Shown: positions 15,885-21,024 of the stretch, one piece after another
Layout of the letters: the number at the start of each line of letters is the position of its first letter
How positions within the stretch are numbered: the stretch's first letter is position 1
Source of the DNA: Candidatus Micrarchaeota archaeon
GTDB taxonomy: Archaea > Iainarchaeota > Iainarchaeia > Iainarchaeales > JAGVWC01
Assembly (NCBI GenBank): GCA_043803815.1
Contig: JAZDJR010000007.1
Location: forward strand, 1 to 21,024
DNA: 21,024 nt
Direction of reading: 5' to 3'
Made by a program: the position numbers and the translations under genes
Notes under the pieces: model-generated
The model's database searches: none
What the model was told of the DNA's origin: nothing
What the model saw: the letters and a program-made list of their open reading frames with translations, nothing else

Positions 15885-16542
15885 CCGTTTCCTCGCCGCT
15901 TTCGCGGGCTGCTTTGTTTTTATCCTTTTCTTCGTTTGGTTCGTTGTTCGGCAATTTTTCGTAAAAGTCTACCTTTGCCCCGTTGTTGTATTCTTCGGAA
16001 CTGAATGATTTGTTTGTATTCCGACCACGAGTTACTTTGTGGCTGACCGCGGCAAAAAAATCGGGGTCTTTTCCTTTGTATCGGGGCCTTTTTAGCAATG
16101 TAGCGGTTCGAATTTGGCTTTTTTTCAATCCGTTATCGACAAGGTATCGCATTGCAGCATCAAGGGTTTGTCCGCTTCCTACAACATCATCGACTAATAA
16201 TATTCGTTCTTGGGGTGTTACTGGTTCTTGGAGTCGTTTTGTTATGCGCGGTTTTCTTATTTTGTTGATTGTTCTGAAAAGCGGGACTGAAACTGATTGG
16301 GTGCGCGCAAAAAAAGCGGGGAATCGTTTCCATAATCGGTGGGCCAATTGGTTGTTGGAGCGGGATAATCGTATTTTTTGGATTGGGATTTGCAAATCGT
16401 TTTGTAGCAGGCGTGCAACGGGTTCCCCGTCACGGGCGATAAAAACGATTTGGGTCGGCTTAAATCCGCTTTCATTGATTTGTTGCGTTAATTTTTGGGT
16501 TAAGGCAAGTACTTCGGCTTTGGTCAAATAATCGTTTGGCAT
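15877..16542 (-). CDS. Type I phosphoribosyltransferase-fold protein (purine PRTase-like)
   Basis: IVFIARDG and the PRPP-binding loop ILLVDDVVGSGQTL, IRTATL, PDFF; basic insertion and charged tail. Confidence 0.85.
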   Translation of the reverse strand: MPNDYLTKAEVLALTQKLTQQINESGFKPTQIVFIARDGEPVARLLQNDLQIPIQKIRLSRSNNQLAHRLWKRFPAFFARTQSVSVPLFRTINKIRKPRITKRLQEPVTPQERILLVDDVVGSGQTLDAAMRYLVDNGLKKSQIRTATLLKRPRYKGKDPDFFAAVSHKVTRGRNTNKSFSSEEYNNGAKVDFYEKLPNNEPNEEKDKNKAARESGEETDG

Positions 16543-16554
16543 TGATGGTTCGCC

Positions 16555-18408
16555 CTATTCTCGTTTGGCGCTTTTGACGCCTTTTATTTTTTTGATTTCG
16601 TTGATGGTATTTTCGAGTTGTTTTGGGTTTTTTGTTTTGACGTTAAATTCGCATTGGACGCCGTTGTTTTCGGTTTTGGTTGTGGTGCTCGTGATTTTGT
16701 ATTTGTGATGGGAAAGCAGGGTAAGGATTTCCGCAATCGTGCTCGGGTTTTGGTGGGTGTTGACGCTGATAGTGGCGTTGAATTCGCCTTTGGGGAATTG
16801 GTCGTTGGTCAGCGCGATTTTTTTGGTTTCGGGCACCTGTTTCATGTTTTCGCAGTCTGTGCGGTGAATCGTTATTTTTCGTTTGGTTGTTTTGTAGCCG
16901 ATGACGTCGTCGCCGGGCAATGGGCTGCAACATTTGGCCAGCAGGATATGCCGCTGGCTTTTTTTGGATAATTGGGCTGTTTTGTTTTTTTTCGGGGGTT
17001 TGGCGGATTTGGATTCGCGTTGGAGAAAAAGCGCGGCGCGGATTTTTTGTTTGGCCTTTTCGGTTTTGACAAAGGATAGCCATTGTCGTTTGGGGGTTTG
17101 ATGGGGGCTGGTGGTGATTTCGATGACGTCTCCTGTTTCCAGTTCGTGGTTTAGGGGAACCAGTTTTCCGTTGACTTTGGATTTTTCGCAGGTTTGCCCG
17201 AGCTGGGTGTGGACCGCGAATGCAAAATCAAGGCAGGTGGCTCCGCGGGGTAGCTGAATCAGTTCATATTTTGGGCTTAGCGCCAGAATCTGATTTTTTT
17301 CAAATTGGATGGAAAGAGTCTGGATGAGATCGCGGTTTTTTTCCTGCCCCATCCATTCGGTGATTTGTTTGGCAACGGATAAGCCTGGGTCGAATTGGGG
17401 GTCTTTGGCGAATTGTTTGTATTGCCAGTGTGCGGCCAGGCCGTTTTCGGCTTCTTTGTGCATGGCCCATGTTCGTACCTGGACTTCGTAGGGGTTTTTG
17501 TTCCATTTTACGTCGATGTGCAGGGATTGGTAGCCTGATTTTTTGGGTTTGGCGATGTAATCGGTGTAGCTTCCGGGGATTTCGTCGAATTCGTTTTGGA
17601 TGGCGCTTGCGATTTGGTAGCATTCGGGAATCGAATTGCAGATGATGCGGCCGGCGATTGAGTCGTTAATTTCGTCGAGTTTTTTATTTTGTTCCTGCAT
17701 TTTTTTGTGGATTCGGTACAGGTTTTTTACCCTGGAAAAAACAAGCGCTTTGAAGTTGTGTTTGTTCAGAATTTTTTTGAGCTGGGTTTCGAATTCTTTT
17801 GCTTTTTCCTGTCGTTGGTGGCGTTTTTCGTTGAGCTGGCGTTTGAGCTGCGAATAGGTTTCGGGTTCGAGTTGTTTAAATGCCAAGTCTTCCAGTTCCC
17901 ATCGGAACTGTTGCAGCCCCAGTTTGGCGCTTAATGGCACTAGCACGTTTAGCGCGATTTTGGCTTTTTCCTGGTTGGCGGGAGTTACGGCGGCAAATCG
18001 CAGTTCGATGAGTGCGCGGCCGAGTTGAATAACAATGGCACGAATATCATGCGCGGTTGCAATGAGCAATTTGGAAAGCGTTTCGCTGGGAACAATATCG
18101 GCATTTTTTTGGAGAACCGCGGTGATTTTTATGGTTGCTTTGGCCAAGTCGATGATTTGCGGGTCGAATTGGCGCACTAATGAGTCGTCCAAAACGGGTT
18201 TGATGAGTGAGGCGCAAAGGGTTTCTTCGCCAAAGCCGTTTTCAAGCAATAATCCTGCGGTGTCCAGTGCGAGCTGGTAGCTGGCCGGTGTAATGGCGGG
18301 AGAATCGAGTTTTTGCAGGGCCAGTTCAAGAGTTGCCGTGTGGCTATCGGGCAATTGTTTTTTGAACCTACTTTTAAGTTCCGTAGCGGTATAGTGTTCG
18401 TATTGCAT
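16555..18408 (-). CDS. Long RelA/SpoT homologue ((p)ppGpp synthetase): degenerate HD, SYNTH, TGS, ZFD and ACT domains
   Basis: WELEDLAF, SRVKNLYRIHKKM, DYIAKPKKSGYQSLH, EVQVRTWAMHKEAENGLAAHWQYK (SYNTH); LPRGATCLDFAFAVHT (TGS); AKCCSPLPGD...IHRTDC (ZFD); C-terminal ACT. ATG at 18408 preferred. Confidence 0.93.
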   Translation of the reverse strand: MQYEHYTATELKSRFKKQLPDSHTATLELALQKLDSPAITPASYQLALDTAGLLLENGFGEETLCASLIKPVLDDSLVRQFDPQIIDLAKATIKITAVLQKNADIVPSETLSKLLIATAHDIRAIVIQLGRALIELRFAAVTPANQEKAKIALNVLVPLSAKLGLQQFRWELEDLAFKQLEPETYSQLKRQLNEKRHQRQEKAKEFETQLKKILNKHNFKALVFSRVKNLYRIHKKMQEQNKKLDEINDSIAGRIICNSIPECYQIASAIQNEFDEIPGSYTDYIAKPKKSGYQSLHIDVKWNKNPYEVQVRTWAMHKEAENGLAAHWQYKQFAKDPQFDPGLSVAKQITEWMGQEKNRDLIQTLSIQFEKNQILALSPKYELIQLPRGATCLDFAFAVHTQLGQTCEKSKVNGKLVPLNHELETGDVIEITTSPHQTPKRQWLSFVKTEKAKQKIRAALFLQRESKSAKPPKKNKTAQLSKKSQRHILLAKCCSPLPGDDVIGYKTTKRKITIHRTDCENMKQVPETKKIALTNDQFPKGEFNATISVNTHQNPSTIAEILTLLSHHKYKITSTTTKTENNGVQCEFNVKTKNPKQLENTINEIKKIKGVKSAKRE

Positions 18409-18511
18409 TATGAAACTACAAACCGAAAACATATTTAGGCTTTGGATTGGGTTTTTGGTTTTTTGCCTATCGGTGTTTAAATACTGTAGTTGCTTTTTTA
18501 TTTTGTTGATT
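18409..18511. promoter_or_regulatory. Divergent promoter region between the RSH and CBS-HPF genes
   Basis: 103-bp AT-rich gap; TTTAAATA at 18476-18483 (+) and CTAAATAT near 18431-18438 (-), each about 25-30 nt before an ATG. Confidence 0.55.
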
Positions 18512-19633
18512 ATGAACTCTAAAATAGTGGCGTCCGATTTGGTTTCTCAGAATTTTATTTCCGCCAAGGGCTCGGATTTCTTGTCCCAATTGGCCGGCGT
18601 TTTTTTGAAAAAAAATCAGAACCATGCCTTGGTGTTTGACGAATCGGGTGTATATTTGGGCGCGACAACCAAGGATTTTTTGCTGAAAAAACATACGGAC
18701 TTTGCGGGGGTCAAGCTCAAATCCGTTGTCAAGTCGACGCCGGTTTTGTATGCGGACGATTCCTTGGTAAATATTGCCGGCCTGATGTTTAGTTCCGAAG
18801 CGCGCGTGCTTCCGGTGTTTGAAGGCAAAAAACTGCTTGGCGCGGTGTTTGCCAGCGACGTGATTAGGCAAGTCGAGCGCCTTGATTCCGCGGGCTCTTT
18901 GCATGTGTCGGATGTCGCGTCTTTTCCGTCGACGATTATTTTGGAAACTGCGTCGGTTGAGCAGGCCATTTCTTTGATGCGGGAAAAAAAAGTCAATCGC
19001 CTGCCGCTGGTTTCATCTAGTGGAAAATTGACGGGCTTGTTTAGCTTTTCGGATTTGATGAAAAACGTGGCGTTGCACGAGCATACTCGTCCGCGCGGAA
19101 AAGGAAGCGAAAGTGCGCGGAGCGCGGATTCCGGCGTTTTGCAGTCTCCGATAAAATCGTTTGCCTCAAGCGAACCATTTGTGTGCCAGCCCAATGATTC
19201 CATGTCCGCGGTGCTTTCCAAAATGGGAAAAAACGGCGTGTCAAGCCTCGTGGTGGTTGACCAACTCTCCAAGCCCAGCGGAATTATTACGACGCGCGAT
19301 TTGCTGAAGCTTTTGGTGAACTCCAAGGAAACCAAGCGCAACATTTCGTTTGTGGACAAGCCGGCTTTGGATGAAATCGACGGCGCGGTCTTGGACAAGA
19401 CTGTTGCGGATTTCTTCGACAAGATGTCCGTGCGTTTTTCTTCGGAATTGCTTTTGACGGTTCATTTCAAAAAAGAGCTGGCAAAAGGAACCCACCAGAT
19501 TCACGATGTTCACTGCCACATGAACGGTCCCGGGCTGAAACTTTCTTCCAGCGCGCAGAACTGGAAACTGTTAAGCGCGGTACAAGATGCGCTTAAAGCT
19601 TTGCAAAGCGAAGTGCGGAAAAAGAAGCGGTAA
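18512..19633 (+). CDS. Four-CBS-domain protein with C-terminal HPF/RaiA-like domain (archaeal hibernation-factor-like)
   Basis: Four CBS repeats (HALVFD..GVYLG; RVLPV...KLLG; RLPLV...GKLTG; SSLVVV....PSGIITTRDLL), then ~90 aa with beta-alpha-beta-beta-beta-alpha pattern ending WKLLSAVQDALKALQSEVRKKK. ATG at 18512 preferred. Confidence 0.8.
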   Translation: MNSKIVASDLVSQNFISAKGSDFLSQLAGVFLKKNQNHALVFDESGVYLGATTKDFLLKKHTDFAGVKLKSVVKSTPVLYADDSLVNIAGLMFSSEARVLPVFEGKKLLGAVFASDVIRQVERLDSAGSLHVSDVASFPSTIILETASVEQAISLMREKKVNRLPLVSSSGKLTGLFSFSDLMKNVALHEHTRPRGKGSESARSADSGVLQSPIKSFASSEPFVCQPNDSMSAVLSKMGKNGVSSLVVVDQLSKPSGIITTRDLLKLLVNSKETKRNISFVDKPALDEIDGAVLDKTVADFFDKMSVRFSSELLLTVHFKKELAKGTHQIHDVHCHMNGPGLKLSSSAQNWKLLSAVQDALKALQSEVRKKKR

Positions 19634-19777
19634 ATCCGGATTTTCAAAGCGCCGTTTATTTTTGTACGGGGTGTTTTTTTGCTCTGCTTGTTGGTTCTAT
19701 TTTTTTGGTTTGGCGAATTCGGATTTGCCCTGCTTAATTTGGTTCCGGCAGATTCGAAAAAGAATTGAATAAAGAGT

Positions 19778-20047
19778 GTGGGCTCGCCTTTGAGTGGCAA
19801 GCCGTTCGTATTATCGGTTGGTTCTTGAAGGGTTCTCGCGCCTGCGTTTTTCAAAGCACTCAAAACAATAGGTACCGTTGCTTTCTTCCAAATCTGGCGG
19901 GTTGGCTACTGGTTTGGGCCTTTGAGGGCAAGCGGTCAACGTTCCGGTCAAGACCGATAATACCAATGGTCGCGCCTCAAAAGCTTGGATCCTCCCTAAA
20001 GCAGGTTTGGAGTGACAGGGCACTGCTACCGCCCCGACCTAGCCCAC
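19778..20047 (-). ncRNA. ffs: Signal recognition particle RNA (7S RNA)
   Basis: Terminal helix GTGGGCT/AGCCCAC; Alu-domain start GGGCTAGGTCGGGGC...CCCTGTCACTCC with AGCAG/CTGCT loop-loop complementarity; helix 5 GTATTATCGGT/ACCGATAATAC; helix 8 CCAACCCGCCAGATTTGGAAGAAAGCAACGG; T-rich tail. Confidence 0.92.
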
Positions 20048-20049
20048 GA
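19998..20049. repeat. Direct repeat copy 1 (5' end of the SRP RNA gene)
   Basis: 51 of 52 bp identical to 20728-20779. Confidence 0.95.
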
Positions 20050-20095
20050 AGAAGAATCGGGTGCAAAGGTTTTTTAGCGGTACCGAAACGGTTTT

Positions 20096-20461
20096 TTAGC
20101 GCACAAATTCTACGTTGGATAGTTCTTTGAATGCTTTGTCTCCGGTCAAGAATTTTATTTTTTTGGCATTGGCGATTTGATAACCGATTGCATCGATATA
20201 GGAAATGTTTTGTTTTTTGTGTTCAAAGCGGAATTGCGCGGCTTTTTTGATGGTATCGTCGTCGATTTCAACGGTTTTGGACAAAAGGCCGTTATAATAT
20301 TCTTCCGCTTGGTCGGCCCGTTCTTCCAATAGTTTGGCATAATAAAGTTCCAGCAGGTTAAGGCGCGTAGTTATGAATTCGTATTCCGTGAAATATTTTT
20401 CATAATGCGAATTTCCCTTAAAAAATTCGATTAACGCGTATGTATCGGCAAAAAACCACAC
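20096..20461 (-). CDS. vapC: PIN-domain toxin (VapC-like)
   Basis: FFADTYALIE, NLLELYY, ISYIDAIGY, FLTGDKAF acidic PIN motifs. Confidence 0.92.
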   Translation of the reverse strand: MWFFADTYALIEFFKGNSHYEKYFTEYEFITTRLNLLELYYAKLLEERADQAEEYYNGLLSKTVEIDDDTIKKAAQFRFEHKKQNISYIDAIGYQIANAKKIKFLTGDKAFKELSNVEFVR

Positions 20462-20462
20462 C

Positions 20463-20675
20463 TTAATCCCACCCTTTTTTTAGTTCGTCTTTGATTTGCT
20501 GCGCGGTTTTTTTGGTTTTCCATGTTCCGAACAGTTTTGACAAAGGAGTTACTTTTCGAACCGAAATTATAAGCCGGTCGCTGGGCTTGATTTTTTCCCG
20601 TTCGACAACTTCCTGCGAAATCGTCACGCCGACCGAGTTTCCCCACTTGCGTGCCGTTACTACCATATCCGTCAT
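20463..20675 (-). CDS. vapB: AbrB/MazE-type antitoxin (VapB-like)
   Basis: ARKWGNSVGVTISQEVVEREKIKPSD swapped-hairpin motif; GGTGGT SD before the ATG at 20675; directly upstream of the PIN gene. Confidence 0.9.
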   Translation of the reverse strand: MTDMVVTARKWGNSVGVTISQEVVEREKIKPSDRLIISVRKVTPLSKLFGTWKTKKTAQQIKDELKKGWD

Positions 20676-20684
20676 TATACCACC

Positions 20685-20710
20685 AATATAATTATATTCT
20701 AAGTTATATT
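20685..20710. promoter_or_regulatory. Probable vapBC operator
   Basis: Perfect 14-bp palindrome AATATAATTATATT (20685-20698) plus a third TTATATT half-site at 20704. Confidence 0.55.
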
Positions 20711-20727
20711 TATGGCTTTGGTGTTTA

Positions 20728-20779
20728 AAAGCGGGTTTGGAGTGACAGGGCACTGCTACCGCCCCGACCTAGCCCACGA
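20728..20779. repeat. Direct repeat copy 2 (truncated SRP RNA 5'/Alu fragment)
   Basis: 51 of 52 bp identical to 19998-20049; looser similarity continues about 30 bp into the upstream promoter region. Confidence 0.95.
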
Positions 20780-20914
20780 GAGAATTGGTTACAAAAGGGT
20801 TTTTAGGGGTTGCAAATTGGTAAAACTAATTGAAATCAGAACTTGAATTTTGGAAGTTTGTATGTCGAACCTTTAGATGTGGAAAATGCTGTGTTGCATG
20901 ATTCTGAAGTTTTT

Positions 20915-20934
20915 CGGGTTTTCTGAAAAACCCG
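20915..20934. terminator. Hairpin after the partial minus-strand ORF at the window end
   Basis: CGGGTTTT-CTGA-AAAACCCG, 6 bp from the TAA. Confidence 0.4.
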
Positions 20935-20940
20935 GTGCAG

Positions 20941-21024
20941 TTATGCGTTTTCTCCGTATCTTTTGACTTTTTGGTACGCCCAGAACTTGATGGCTGCCTC
21001 TTGCGTCATGCCTAACTCACTGGT
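20941..21024 (-). CDS. 3' end of an unidentified gene running off the window
   Basis: Open frame ...TSELGMTQEAAIKFWAYQKVKRYGENA* followed by a hairpin; too short to assign. Confidence 0.4.
   Translation of the reverse strand, partial: TSELGMTQEAAIKFWAYQKVKRYGENA

Noticed and set aside
325-19863. Many antisense or alternate-frame ORFs in the track (e.g. 687-1217, 4974-5714, 11363-11779, 13350-13850, 18616-19422)
   Set aside because: They shadow well-supported genes or tRNAs and show no recognisable motifs.
19778-20047. RNase P RNA
   Set aside because: Lacks the GAGGAAAGUCC and ACAGAA P4 signatures; has SRP Alu and helix 8 signatures instead.
19765-20130. ORFs 19765-20130 (+) and 19811-20023 (-), and the N-terminal extension of 20463-20753
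   Set aside because: They overlap the SRP RNA or its duplicated 5' fragment; the shared MPCHSKPA start is an artefact of the repeat.

Overview
Core-chromosome segment of an archaeon. TFE, aTrm56, archaeal initiator tRNA, a tRNA-Phe with a bulge-helix-bulge intron and a 7S SRP RNA establish the domain; the compact, AT-rich, bacterial-gene-rich style suggests a DPANN lineage (inference). Left part: an AsnB-Dph6 fusion, Dus, a membrane-anchored ArsR regulator, a Trm11-like methylase, XerA, a PRC-barrel gene bracketed by a 12-bp inverted repeat, and two hypothetical proteins. Middle part: four tRNAs, tfe, trm56, two small Zn-finger genes and a free-standing LAGLIDADG nuclease. Right part, the most striking: a long RelA-type RSH with a degenerate hydrolase domain heads a run of PRTase, a 38-aa coupled ORF, a KaiC-like ATPase and class II LysRS, and is divergent from a 4xCBS-HPF hibernation-factor-like gene, i.e. 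a candidate archaeal stringent-response/ribosome-hibernation locus. It is followed by an SRP RNA that appears to lack helix 6 and a vapBC module bounded by a direct duplication of the SRP RNA 5' end. All calls come from motif recognition by eye; no searches were run.
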